Of a stretch of 64,000 bases of DNA, positions 1 through 13,837 are shown in pieces. Source of the DNA: Ylistrum balloti. Its lineage: Eukaryota. The stretch covers positions 248,001 to 312,000 of the forward strand of contig NW_026782492.1 of NCBI RefSeq assembly GCF_031769215.1, read 5' to 3'. Both the position numbers and the translations under genes were made by a program. Within the stretch, counting starts at the first letter, position 1. Each line of letters starts with the position of its first letter. The notes under the pieces are model-generated. The model did no database searches. It was not told the DNA's origin and saw only the letters and a program-made list of their open reading frames with translations.

Positions 1-2900
1 AACATTATTAGAAACTAATAATAAATCTGGGCCAGGAATTTGGAAATTAAATAACAGTATCTTGGAAGACAAAGACTATATCAAACACCTGCAACAATGT
101 CTCGAACAAACATTGGAAGAAACTAAAAAAGGACATATAAATAAAAGACAGACTTGGGACTATTGCAAAGCAATCATTAAAAATGAAACAATATAATTTT
201 GTAGAAAAAAATCTCAAGAAAGAAAATCTACTATTAACAGGTTAGAAAATAAACTGAGCTTTTTGAATGGCAAAAGAAATATATCTGTGGAAGAAACAAA
301 TGAGATAGTTGCTTTTGAAAAAGAGTTAGAACATTTATACGACCAGAAAGCAAAAGGGGCACAGATAAGGACAAGAGAAAAGTGGTTAGAACAAGGTGGT
401 TTTCTTAGTTTGGAAAAGAGCAGGCAATCAAAAGTGTCATTAGAAGTAAAAAAAACGAAACAGGCCAGGTGGTTTCTGAACCATGTGATGTATTAAAATC
501 CATACACGTTTTCTATGAAAAATTGTATCAGTCTGTTAACACAAATATAAATGACATTGATGAGTATATAAATAATACTGAAAGAGAAGCTAAGCTGACA
601 GAAATCGAGAGTAAAAATGTGATTGGTATATTACTTTGGAAGAAAGTACAAAAGCTGTTCATAAGATGAAATTAAATAAAAGCCAAGGAATGGACGGATT
701 AAGTGTATAATTTTATCAGACGTTTTGGGATAGGATTGGACATATAGTTACCGAATCTTGAAATGAAACGTATGAACAGAAAGAATTGAGTGAAACACAA
801 AGATTAGGCTTAGTTAACCCTTTTAAATATTGATTATAAGATAGCAGCATATGTATTAGCGACTAGACTAAAAAAAAATTCCAAAAATTATTCACACAGA
901 CCAAAACGGATATATAAAAAATAGATTTATCGGATATAATATTAGGCAAATACAAGACATAATTGATTATTCAGAAAAAATTAATTTAGATGCATCCATA
1001 ATTTTCATAGATTTCAAAAAAGCCTTTGACACAATTGATTGGAATTTCATGTTTTCTTGTTTGACAAAATTTGGTTTTGGTAATTCTTTTAAGGATTGAG
1101 TTAAAACGTTTTATTCTGATATCAGGGGATGTGTAAAAAATAATAACTGGATAACTCCAGATTACGAAATAACAACAGGAATTCGACAGGGGTGTCCACT
1201 CTCATGCCTACTCTTTGTAATAGCTGTCGAGATAATGGCTTGTAGAATAAGAAATAATGAGAACATATCGGGATTTAACATATGTAATAAGAAAATAAAG
1301 ATCTCACAGCTGGCAGATGACACGACATTGTTTTGGAAATATAGAGACATATTGAATGCCTTAAATATAATAGAAGAGTTTGGAAAATTATTTGGACTAA
1401 GTTTAATTAGAGGGAAAACAGAAGCTTTATGGCTAGGCTGTAATAAAAACAGGGGTACGTTTTATGAAAATATCAAATGGACAAGAAACGATATTAAGTC
1501 ATTGGGGGTGTATTTCGGTACAAATAAGAAAGTTTGCAATAACATGAACTGGGAAAGCAAAATGGTAACAATTGACGCATTGATGAAAAACTGGAAAAGA
1601 AGATAATCAACTTTAATAGGGAGAGTTCTGATAGTGCAACCCTTCTCATACCAAAAATTACGTATCACGACAGTACACAAACTGTCTCGGGTAAACAGAT
1701 AAAAGAACTTGAACAAAAGATTTATGATTTCATATGGGAAGGAAAAATAGACAAAGTAAAACGAAGAACTATAATTGGAAATTATAATCAAGTGGGGCTA
1801 AAATTAAGAGATATAGAATCTCATTTAGACATATTAAGAATTTGCTGGGTTAAAAGATTAAATGATGGAATGGTGGCTAATTGAAAAATTATTCCAAACC
1901 TAAAGTATGAAAAATATGGAAAGGACTTACTTATTTTCAAAAAGAATATTGCATATTTAACAGATATAGAAAACGTGAACAGTGACCTGTTTGATTTCTA
2001 TTATGACATTTCAAAATCGTGGGTTAAGATTAAAGGTTCAATTAAAGTTTACCCCATATAATAGAGATATAAGAAACTCTATTATATGGGGTAAAGGAGA
2101 TATACGCATACGGAAATCACTAATAAACAAAACTTGGACGGATAGTGACGTAGCTTTTGTAGAAGATATAATAAACAGACAAGGACAAATTGACGAAAAT
2201 ATCATTTACAAGAAACTAAAAGATAAACGAAATTGAATTGTGGAAACAACAAGGGTGAAGAAAGCAATACCAAAAGAATGGAAAGAAATATTGCTATCTG
2301 AACAATCGCGTAAAACAAAACTTAAATTGGGTAAACGAATAACGATAAACATAAGGGGAACAAAAATCAATATGTTTAGTTTGAAAAACAAAGATTTATG
2401 CAATAAGGCCGTAAAAAGGAAATTTTTAAAAGGCTACTGCTTGAATATGTGGAAAGAAAAGCTAAGGCCTGAGAAAACTGAAATACACAAATATATGTTT
2501 GATTTTAATTTTAATACAATGAAAGATAACCGTCATAAAGTATTGAAAGAAACTTTTTCATTACATTATACCTTGCAATGTTTTGTTGAAAAGATGGAAA
2601 ATAGAAAAAAATATGTTACTGAAGATTATAACCACTATTTTATTGAATGCGAATACTTTAAAGATCTGTGGGATTTTGCTATAAAAATATTTGAAAATTT
2701 TGGTTAAAGAACTGATATGAAGAAATTGAAATATATTATATATGGATATATATGATATACCTAAAGAACTGTACTGAAATCAATATATTATTATGTTTAA
2801 TAGGTTTTACAATATATAAAGTTTACCATTTGAGCGAACAAAAACAAAAAATAATAAATTTGAAGGACATATTTAAGAATGAATTAAAAATATGCAAATA
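1..2900 (+). mobile_element. Decayed non-LTR retrotransposon ORF2, Tx1/L1 clade (endonuclease tail, reverse transcriptase, C-terminal zinc-knuckle region); runs off the left edge
   Basis: Seen: translated fragments GPGIWKLNNSILED (end of APE region), IFIDFKKAFDTIDWNFM, GIRQGCPLSCLLFVIAVEIMA, ISQLADDTTLF (catalytic LADD), KSLGVYFG, and EDYNHYFIECEYFKDLW near 2620-2670. Many stops and frameshifts. Established: these motifs are typical of L1/Tx1 ORF2. Confidence 0.92.
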
Positions 2901-3238
2901 ATTTATAAGAGTAAAAAACCTATTATGCTCAACTCATTACTGGACAATCTGGACCATTGATATGTTTTAGGTATGTGATGGGAACAAAAAAATGGCATGT
3001 ACAATAGAAAACAAGGTGATAATACAATAATTATTGAACAGATAAAAGAAAAAAGCACAATGATGAGACAAAATGATAGAGTACGATTCAGCAACAGAAA
3101 AATATATGTATGTGTATAAGAGTTTAATATAAAACATATGATTATGAAAAGAAAAAGACATATACTTAAATATTTCTTTGTGCGTGAAAATTGAAATAAA
3201 TGTATGTGTGAGTAGACGTTTGTTTATTTTATGTATGG

Positions 3239-3476
3239 TATGCATATATGAATATACACCTTTATTTACGTGACGGAAAATTTATTTACGATTACATTTT
3301 TGTGCTTTTGGAAAGTATGATCACCCCTTTTCTTTTTTCTTCCATTTTTGTTCATGTTTGATTATATTATATATGATATGCATATATGAATATACACCTT
3401 TATTTACGTAATGGAAAATATACATATGATTATATTTGGCAAATATGATCACCCCTTTTCTTTTTTCCTTTTTTTT
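3239..3476. repeat. Imperfect tandem duplication, ~138-bp period, in or after the LINE 3' region
   Basis: Seen: tatgcatatatgaatatacacctttatttacgt...atgatcaccccttttctttttt starts at both 3239 and 3377. Confidence 0.8.
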
Positions 3477-3594
3477 CATCTTTCCTTTCAAAATCTTTCT
3501 TTAATCGAAAAATCCGAACATATCTATTCGGATCTTATACCATGCTATCCTGTCAAAGTGAAACAAATATAGGAATATATATAGTTAAAGTTTT

Positions 3595-3866
3595 TTGTTG
3601 AGTTGATTGAAAAACAAAACAAGGCTGCAGTGAATGTGCTGATAAGGAATGTAAGTATGAGCGAGTCTGTGAATGAGTAAGAGTGTTCATTTACTTATTT
3701 AAAAAATAGATACCTTGTATGTTCATGAATGTAAAAACAATACAGGGATTATGACAGGTACAACCTTTTCTCAGACACGGTCTGCTAAAAATGTTTGGTT
3801 AATTTGATTTAAAAACAAAATAAGACTGCTATAAATATACTGATAAGGAATGTATGTATGAGAGAG
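3595..3866. repeat. Diverged ~70-bp direct repeat, copies ~200 bp apart
   Basis: Seen: aaaaacaaaacaaggctgc...ctgataaggaatgtaagtatgagcgag (~3610-3665) versus aaaaacaaaataagactgc...ctgataaggaatgtatgtatgagagag (~3811-3866). Confidence 0.65.
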
Positions 3867-6800
3867 ATTTTTACATCCATGCCATTTCACTGGATTTTTA
3901 CATCCACCCCATTTTATTTATATTTACATCGATGCCATTTAATTAGATTTTTACATCTATGCCATAGGATCGGATTTTTACATTCGTGTGGTATTATTGT
4001 ATTTTTACATCCATTCCCTTTTTGAAATTTTTAAATCGATGCGATTTTATTGAATTTTTACAGCACTGTCATTTTATTGGATTTTTCAATATATACCATT
4101 TTATTGGATTTTTCAATCCATGTCGTTATATGATTTTTTACATCCATGCCATTTTATTGGATTTTTACATCAACCCCATTTTGTTGGATTTTTACATCCA
4201 TGCCATTTTATTGGATTTTTACATCCACTCCATTTGATTAGATTTTTACATTCTTACGATTTCATTAGATTTTACAGCACTATCATTTTATTGGATTTTT
4301 CCATCCACCCCATTTTATTGGATTTTTCCATCCATCCCATTTGATAAGATTTTTACATCAATGTGATTTTATTGGCAAATTACATCCAGGTCGTTTGATT
4401 AATTTTTTCACATTCATCCCATTTGATATGATTTTTACATCCATGTTATTTTATTGGATTTTTACAATCATGCCATTTTATTTGATATTTACATCCATCC
4501 CATAGGATTGGATTTTTACATTCATGCCATATTATTGGATTTTTTTTTGTATCTATGCCATTTTATGATTTTTTGACATCCATGCGATTTTATTGGATTT
4601 TTACATCCAATCAATTTTATTCGATATTTACATCCACTCAATTTTATTCGAATTTTACATCCATGCGGATTTATTAATTTTTTACATCCATGTGATTTTA
4701 TTGGATATTTAATCCTATGCCATTTTATTAATTTTTTACAACCATCGAAATTTCTTTGATTTTTAATTCCATGCCATGTTTTTGCATTTTTAAATCTGTG
4801 TCATTGGATTGGATTTTTACATCCATGTCGTTCTATGGAATTTTTACATCCACCCTATTTTATTTGATTTTTATATCCATGTAATTTGATCGGATTTTAA
4901 ATCCATGCCATTTTATTAGATTTTTACATCCATGCCGTTTTATTAATTTTTTACATCCAAGCCATTTTATCGGATTTTTACATCAATGCGATTTTGTTTG
5001 ATTTTTTCATCCATGACATTTTATTGGATTTTTACATCAATGCCATTTAATTCAATTTTTACATCTATGCCATTGGATTGGATTTTTACATTTATGCTAT
5101 ATTATTGGATTTTTTACATCCACCCAATTTTATTGGATTTTTGTATCCATGCCAATTTATTGACTTTACATCCGTCCCATTTGATAAGATTTTTACATCA
5201 TTGTGATTTTATTGGCTAAATACATCCATGTCATTTTATCAAATTTTTCATATTCATCCCATTTGATTTGATTTTTACATCCATGTTATTTTATTTTATT
5301 TTTACATCCATGCCGTTTTATTAATTTTTTACATCCACCCCATTTTATTTGTTATTTACTTCCATGCCATTTTATTGGATTTTTACATTCATACCATATT
5401 ATTGGATCTCTTTAAACATCCGCGCCATTTTATGAAATTTTGACATCCATGCGATTTTATTGGATTTTTACATCTATGTCATTTTATTCGATTTTTACAT
5501 CTATGCCGATTTATTAAAAATTTACATCAATGCGATTTTATTGGATATTTAAACCTATACTACTTTATTAATTTTTTACATCCATCGAAATTTCTTTGAT
5601 TTTAAAATCCATGCCATTTTATTGCATTTTTAAATTTATGCCATTGGATTGGATTTTTACATCCCTGTCGTTTTATTTAATTTTTACATCCACCCTTTTT
5701 TATTTGATTTTTTCCTTCATGTCATTTTATCGGATTTAAATCCATGCCATTTTATTTGATTGTTACATCCTTGCAGTTTTATTGACTTTTTACATCCAAG
5801 CCATTTTATCGGATTTTTACATCCAAGCCACTTTATCGGAATTTTACATCAATGCAATTGCATTGGATTTTGACATCATGCCATGTTAATGGATTTCAAC
5901 ATCCACCCCATTTTATTTGATTTTTACATCAATGCCATTTAATTCAATTTTTACATCTATGCCATTGGATTGGAGTTTAACATTTATGCGATATTATTGG
6001 ATTTTTACATCCACCCAATTTGATTGGATTTTTACATCCATATTATTTTATAAGATAATTACATCCATGTCGTTGTATCAAATTTTTACATCCACCCTAT
6101 TTTACTTGATTTTTACAACCATGCCATTTAATTAGATTTTTACATATATGCCATTGTATTGGATTTTTACATCCACTCCATTAAATTAGATAATTACATC
6201 CACGTCGTTTTGTTAATTTTACATCAATTCCTTTTTATTGGATTTTTACATCAATCCCAATTGTATTAGATTTTTACATAAATGTCATTTTATGCGATTT
6301 TTACATTCATGCCGATTTATTAAATATTTACATTCATGCGATTTTATTTGAGTTTTACATCCATGCAATTTTATTATTTTTTTTATATCCACCCAAATTT
6401 ATTTGATTTTTACATGCATGATATTTTATTGGATTTTCCAATCTATGTCATTGGATTTGATTTTTACGTTCATGCGATTTTAATGGATTTTTACATACAT
6501 ACCGTTTTATGTAATTTTTACATCCATGCCATTTGTACTAAATTTTTACATCCACCCAATTTTATTGGAATTTTACATCCATGCGATTTTATTGGATTTT
6601 TACATCTAGCCATTTTATTAGATTTTCACATCTATGCCATTTTACTAATTTTTTACATCCACCGAATGCTATAGGATGTTTACATCCACCCCATTTTTTT
6701 TAATATTTTTACATCCATGCGATTTTATTAGATTTTTACATCCATGCCGTTTTATTAAATTTATACATCCGTGCGATTTCATTGGGTTTTAACATCCATG

Positions 6801-7490
6801 TCATTGGATTGGATTATTTTACATTCATGCGATTTTATTGGGTTTTTTTTACATCCATGCAGTGTTATTAAATATTTACATCTATGCCATTTTATCTGAT
6901 TTTCACATCTATGACAATTTATTTGTTTTTTATATCCACCGAAATTTATTTTATTTTACATCCATGCCATTTTATTGGATTTTAAAATCTATGCCATTGG
7001 ATTGTAGTTTTACATCCATGTGATTTTATCGGATTTTTTACATCTATCTCATTTCGATTTGATTTTTACATCCATACCATTTCATTTGATTTTTAAATAC
7101 ATGACTTTTTATTGAATTTTTACATCCATGCCATTTTACTAAATTTTAACATCTACCCAATTTCATTGGATTTTTACACCCATGCCATTTAATTGGTTTT
7201 TACCTCTACCCCATTTTATTTCATTTTTACATCTATGCGATTTTATTGGATTTTTGCATCCATACAGTTTTATCAAATTGGTACATCCATGGGATTTCAT
7301 TGGATTTTTACATCTGTGCCCTTTTATTGAATTTTCAAATCTATGCCATTGGATTGGATTTTTACATCCATGCCCTTTTATTGAATTTTCAAATCTATGC
7401 CATTGGATTGGATTTTTACATTGATGATTTTATTGGATTTTTACATCCATGCCGTTTTATGAAATTTTTACATCCATGATATTGTAATGG
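3866..7490. repeat. Degenerate ~29-bp satellite array (~3.6 kb, roughly 120-125 monomers)
   Basis: Seen: consensus ttttacatccatgccattttattggattt repeated continuously, strongly T-rich on the + strand. All ORF-track hits here are repeat artefacts. Confidence 0.95.
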
Positions 7491-8814
7491 ATTTTAAGCA
7501 GTAAACCCTTGGATACAATTCTGAATCCAGAACATTACCCTATATATAAGGTAGATATTTTTCCACTTACTTGCATACAACTTATTTTTGCCCAATGTTT
7601 AAGTATATAAAATATAATATTTCAGCATTTGCATGAAACTTTATCCCATCTATTATTATTATTTTTTTTGTCAAAACATCTAAATGGGCGAAAAATAATC
7701 TACTTTGAAAGTCACTCTGGAGTGAATATTGAACCGTGTCAAAGTTTTCCAAATACAGCACTCAATAAGAATTTTTTTTCTGTATCATGCTAAACAGAGC
7801 TATGTCCATGATATAAACAAATATAGGTACACTGCTAAACACTTACAGTGTATAAACAAAAGAAGAGACAAAAATCCAATATTCATTGGACTCAGGTATA
7901 TTATGGTTCATTTATCAAGGAACCAGATTTCAGAGGTAGATGTGTATACAAACCATTCCTAATAAGAATAACGGACATGTTTTGAAAATACTTCCAAACT
8001 TTGTTCACAATGTTATTTGCTTTATAAAAACAAGTTATAACCAGAATATTAAAATTTATAGTCTGGGATTGAACAAATAACAGTGAAATATCGTTACGGT
8101 AATAAAATCGTATTTGTTTCATACAATAATCTCAGTACTGGAAATATAAAGGAATTATGTTACACGCATGTAATCCAGTCGACCTGACAGACAATCTCCA
8201 TGTATTTTTAATCACAGTTATAAAACTGTCCAAATACTGTAGCTTCCTTGTAACTTGACCAACTCATGTTTTCTGTTGTAATTTGGAGATATATTAGGGA
8301 ATATTTCGTATGAGGAATGACTTGGAATGAGAGAAAATTAGATGAAAAAGGGACAGATTTATTTATAATTATAGTTAAGTGTGAGTGTGTTTGATAATGC
8401 TGTTAACTTGAGATATTATGTAATGTTATTTCAGTGACATTTGTAGAAGCTGGATTTCAGTTTGAAACCTTACTAAACTGGACACAATGTTTTCATTTAT
8501 GTGTAATTTTAATTATGTGAAATCTGCCTAAGTGAATTTCTATATGAATCTTGACTGACCTCAACTAGAGAGTTACCAAGTTTGATAAACCTTTTGCTAA
8601 ACTGGAGAAATATTTTACTTATAATGGCAAAATCTGGCAAAAAATGATTCTATATATGAATATAGAAAACCTGATTGTTCTATATTAGTGTTATGGAACA
8701 TGTTACACTGGACATAGGTGGCATTGATCTGAAATCATGATAAATAGGATTCATGTTGTAGGAACTGACTAAACAGGACATTTTGTATTGTTATGCAGCA
8801 CAAATGCCTAATTA

Positions 8815-9327
8815 TTTACAGGTCATTTTCCCTGAAGAGTCAAGATGAACTATAGCCGTCGTGCATCATCCGTTGCCATCCGCGGTTTTCTTTAAAACCC
8901 TACTCCTGCTTTATACCGTGGTGGATTTCAACCAAATTTAGTCTGATGCATCATTTGGTGAGGTTAATCATTTTTAAAATTCCCCTAGTGGTCGAGGGAT
9001 GGGATACGAAAATTGCTGAAATTAGATTTAAAATCCTAGTCTTGCTTTCTGCTTGGATGGACCAGATTCATCAGTTAGGGTAGGCAATTATTTATTTATT
9101 TCAGGAATCTGATTCGACCCTTGAGGACTTGGGGATGGGGCTCCAAAATGGGAAATTAGTCAATATTTTGCTTCAAAACGCTACTCCTTTTTAAGACTTG
9201 GTTTGAAACAGCATTGAGAGTGGAGAATCAGTTCTTAAATTCAGTAATGCTACTCTTTCTTAATGCTTTAATGGATTTCAACCAAATCTAGTCTAAAACA
9301 CCATGGAGAGTTGGGAGTCAATCAATT
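8815..9327. mobile_element. Remnant of a non-autonomous repeat (Helentron/HINE-like), truncated where the LINE begins
   Basis: Seen: internal repeats ctactc...tggatttcaaccaaat.tagtct at ~8900-8945 and ~9250-9295. Inference: resembles the mollusc non-autonomous family also seen at 28416-29080. Confidence 0.5.
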
Positions 9328-10670
9328 ATGAATCTTCAAAATAAAAGCGATACTGACTCTCCCCTGATAATTAATGATGATCTGAAAATACATCCTCCAG
9401 ATAAAGCTGAGTCTGTCGATGATTACTTCACATCTATTTCAACGACAGACAAGAATGCTGATGATTTACCACTTGATTATCCCACACCAATTATTAACTT
9501 CTCTTCTATCGACATAACTGGACAGGACATTATTGACCAACTTCAACTTCTAAATACTAACAAACCTGCAGGCCCTGATGCCATCCCTCCCAAATTCATA
9601 AAAGGAGTTTCTCAATCCCTTGTTAAACCTCTCTCTATAATATTTAATAAATTTATCTCTGCAGGTGTACTTCCTACCTCCTGGAAAAATGCCTATGTAA
9701 CACCTGTATATAAAGGGAAAGGAGGAAAAAGTGACCCCTCCAACTATAGGCCAATCTCTGTTACTCCAATCTTCAGTAAAATCCTTGAGAAAATTGTTTT
9801 CAAATATTTGTACAACTATCTTTCAAGATACAATATTATCAGGTTTCTTACCAAAAGATTCTGCTGTTAATCAACATTTAATTATATATGATGAAATTAT
9901 TAAACATTTGGATACAGGTAAAGAAGCAAGAATGATATTTTGTGATATTAGCAAAGCGTTTGATAGAGTTTGGAATGATGGATTAATTTACAAAAATATG
10001 GTATTAGTAATAACATGTTAAAGTGGTTTTCATCTTATTTATCTGACAGGAAACAGAGAGTGGTCCTAGATGGGTACAGGTCCAACTGGAAAACATTACA
10101 GGTTGGGGTCCCATAATGTTCAGTTCTTGGTCCTTATCTGTTCTTGCTATATATTAATGATATTGGTGATGATTTACTATCTAATGTGAAATTATTTGCT
10201 GATGACAAATCTTTATATGGCCTAATTGAGGGTGACAGGCAAGATGCTGCTGATATACTAAATGATGATCTCTGAAAAATTTCTAAATGGGCCAATAGGT
10301 GGGGTACTATTTTTAATCCGGATAAGACTGAATCCCTACTTTTTTCTAGGCAAATAGATTCTGAAATGCTGCATCCAAATCTGTATTTTGATAACTCAGT
10401 TATTAAAAATGTTACCTGTCATAAGCACCTGGGTCTAATTTTTAACAGTCATGCTAATTGGTCCAACCACATAAGCTTTATGTATGAGAAAGCTTATTAA
10501 CGAATACATATTCATAGAATGTTAAAGTACAAAATTGACAGAAAGTCACTTGAATTAATATGTATTACATTTATTCGTCCTATTTTAGAATATGATGATA
10601 TTGTTTGGTCTAACTGCACAGAAAGGGAATGCAACATCTTAGAATCAGTTCAATTAGCAATACACATTAT
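9328..10670 (+). mobile_element. 5'- and 3'-truncated CR1/L2-type LINE reverse transcriptase fragment, inactivated
   Basis: Seen: NKPAGPDAIPPKFIK, PTSWKNAYVTPVYKG, DPSNYRPISVTPIFSKILEKIV, IFCDISKAFDRVW, SVLGPYLFLLYINDI, KLFADD, HKHLGL, with frameshifts and stops. Established: CR1/L2-group RT motifs. Confidence 0.92.
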
Positions 10671-10858
10671 TATCAGTTTCAGTAAAAAAATTAGAAAGGC
10701 AATACACATTATTGAAACTGTATATTTGTATGTCTGTATATAATTGAGGTCCATGTTCTGTCATTGCAGATGTCATGTCCAGTACATTGCCAGGTGATAG
10801 TGTGAAGGAGATATCAACATATAAGTATCAACTGAAGCCTTAATTACAGAATCTGAAG

Positions 10859-11213
10859 CCTAAAGTCCCTACCTGTTAACAGGTTGGTTCATTAAATACT
10901 TACAAACCTAAAGTCCCTACCTGTTAATAGGTTGGTTCATTAAATACTTACAGATCAAAAGTCCTTACCTGTTAATAGGTTGGTTTACTCAATACTTGCG
11001 GACCTAAAGCCCCTACCCGTTAATAGGTTGGTTTACTCTATACTTACAAACCTAAAGTCCATACCTGTTAATAGGTTGGTTCATTAAGCTACTTACAGAC
11101 CTAAAGTCCATACCTGATAACAGATTGGCTTATTAGATACTTACAAACCAATAGTGCCTACCCGGCCAGACCTAAAGACCTTACCTGTTAATAGATTTAT
11201 CAATACTTACAAA
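10859..11213. repeat. 48-bp minisatellite, ~7 copies
   Basis: Seen: cctaaagtccctacctgttaataggttggttcattaaatacttacaaa. The first copy carries the perfect palindrome ACCTGTTAACAGGT (10871-10884). Confidence 0.9.
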
Positions 11214-11344
11214 GCTAATCAGCAAACTGTTAAGGTATTGCTTCACCATTATTCATGTAGTTCTACTAATATAGCCAAGAGAGTATTGTAGCCTTTAGAT
11301 GTATTTTAAAGTGTGTAATTGTGTCAGTGATTTTCACCTGAACA

Positions 11345-11989
11345 GATGACCTTGACCCTAGTATCTACCATCATGGTATCTGGATAGATGATCTTGACCC
11401 TAGCATATACCATCATGGTATCTGGAAAGATGACTTTGGTCCTAGTATCTACCATCATGGTATCTGGAAAGATGACCTTGACCCTAGTATCTACCATCAT
11501 AGTATCTGGAAAGATGACCTTGACCTTAGTATCTACCATCATGGTATCTGGAAAGATGACCTTGACCCTAGTATCTACCATCATAGTATCTGGAAAGATG
11601 ACCTTGACCTTAGTATCTACCATCATGGTATCTGGAAAGATGACTTTGACCCTAGTATCTACCATCATGGTGTCTGGAAAGATGACTTTGACCTTAGTAT
11701 CTACCATCATGGTATCTGGAAAGATGACCTTGACCCTAGTATCTACCATCATGGTATCTGGAAAGATGACTTTGACCCTAGTATCTACCATCATGGTATC
11801 TGGAAAGATGACTTTGACCTTAGTATCTACCATCATGGTATCTGGAAAGATGACCTTGACCCTAGTATCTACCATCATGGTATCTGGAAAGATGACTTTG
11901 GCCCTAGTATCTACCATCATGATATCTGGAAAGATGACCTTCACTCTAGTGTCTACCATCATGGTATCTGGAAAGATGACCTTGACCCT
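11345..11989. repeat. 42-bp minisatellite, ~15 copies, highly homogeneous
   Basis: Seen: gatgaccttgaccctagtatctaccatcatggtatctggaaa, which contains the TACCAT-C-ATGGTA hairpin. It produces the repetitive ORFs 11324..12025(-) and 11388..11993(+). Confidence 0.97.
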
Positions 11990-13114
11990 GTAGAGATAAC
12001 ATTGAATTTCACCACAAAAGATCACTGTATTTTCTGGATTTTAGCCCCGAACATTTTTGCTTGTAGGAGGGGTGTATGGCTTGAATACCGATGTGGCTTA
12101 CTAGTAGATCAAATAAAAAATTAATTAAAAAAAAAAGATAAAAGATCTGTGTTTTTATACATCATACATAGTATAGACATTAATATTCAGTCACTCTGAA
12201 AAACATTTTTACCAAACTTTGTAGCATATTAGTAATGTGTTTTTACAGTACCTGCCCACTATATTATTGTGACTGAAACAGATGACTTGTAATCACATTC
12301 AGGATGACTTGGGAATTGCAAAAAAAACAACATTTCTGTGGATTTAATTAATTATGCTTTTTAATATGTATCCCAATAATACCTTGACTCTGGTGGTTAC
12401 ATCGCAGCAGTTCCAAGAAGGCAAGCAAACGTTTATAATAGACCCTGGGATCTATTGGTCATGGGAAGATATGTCAATTTCTTGAAAGGTCACCATGTTT
12501 TCCCCATATGAATGGCTTTGTTGTAACTTACCTGAATATACATTTTTGGATTGTAGGAACTTTTTTCAGGTGCCTTTATCAATGTTTGATATTACAGAGA
12601 CTGGTGGAGATATTGTTTAAAATAGTTACTTATGTACGTAACGTCCGGCCCTTTATCTGTACATGGACAATCTTTCAAGGCCCGCAACAAAACATTATTT
12701 CATGTAGTTTACATAATCAGAATAATTTTTGAAAATATATCAATAAAATAAACAATTTGATGCATAAAGCATTTGTAAACTGTATAACCGAGTAAATGTT
12801 TCACTGACGATCTTGATAAATTACCCTTTGTTGTCTGTTATATCAACAAACTTGGATCAACATAGCGGTCACTGTATCGTAAGAAAAGGGTGCAGCTTAT
12901 ATTCTGAGATGGCTAATATGTGGGTAAAACAAAAAAGTGGTTAAAAATGCCTCTGCAGCTTATATACTGGAGTGACTTAAAACCCCAAAACGTGGTATGT
13001 TAAATTTGAAGTTTACCTGGACAGATATCCTTGTCTCTGAGTTTTACCTCTGAAAATGATAACGTTGAACACTGCTTTTATGTCATAAGTTCATATTTGT
13101 TTTGTGTGTTTTAG

Positions 13115-13244
13115 GTCTGCAGTATGTGACAAAGTTCCAGCCAGAAGAAGGAAAAGATACGTGTGTAAACTATGTGAATCTAAGTGTGATGGTAACGCGC
13201 TTCCAACTCGTGTATCAAGAATCAAGCACCAATTTAAGTAATTG
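13115..13244 (+). pseudogene. Inactivated exon encoding a matrin/U1-type (C2H2-like) zinc finger
   Basis: Seen: ttttag| acceptor and |gtaagt donor. With one frameshift it reads GLQYVTKFQPEEGK/RYVCKLCESKCDGNALPTRVSRIKHQFK*L. It has CxxC-x11-R-x5-H, with Arg (CGT) where His (CAT) is expected, and a premature TAA. Inference: the GL.YV.E...Y.CKLC...H..G.KH..KY repeat family. Confidence 0.65.
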
Positions 13245-13837
13245 GTAAGTAGTAATCATAAATGGCCTACAATCACTTTACTGTTAAATTGTTTATTTTC
13301 ATGGGGGCTTTAATTTTGATGATTTTGAAGGTTCTTCAAACCCACAAAATTAATCTATATATATCAATGATGTGATAAATACTGGTTGATTCTCTCGATA
13401 ATTATTAACAAAATCAAATGCCAACAAAATATTGATTTTCTGAAAACAGTGAAATTTGATCTCCACAAAAAATATGATTTCACAGTATACCTATGTGTCA
13501 GAAGATTGTTATTATTTCATATACATGTTTCCATTCTGTGATTACTAAGTTGGTAGAATACTGCACTTTTGTTATGCTGGAAAAAGATCCAAGGTGTGTT
13601 GTTTGATCACTATACAGAGAAGGTTTTGTTTCTCAGAAAAGATTGCCATGTGGTGTCAGAGTTCCCTTAATTATAGAATGTAGTGGGCCTCCTGCATGTT
13701 GTCCAGTGAGGAAGCTGTCAGCTTCCTCAAGGAGACACCCACCATGAAGTATCTATGCCTGTTTATCTAGCAATAAACCCTGCAAACAGCAAAAAAATCA
13801 ATTATGTTACCACATGATTCTTTCCTTTACTATTCAG

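Noticed and set aside
3986-7479. F/I/L/H-rich ORFs in the ORF track
   Set aside because: They are translations of the 29-bp satellite. They overlap in several frames and show no protein motif.
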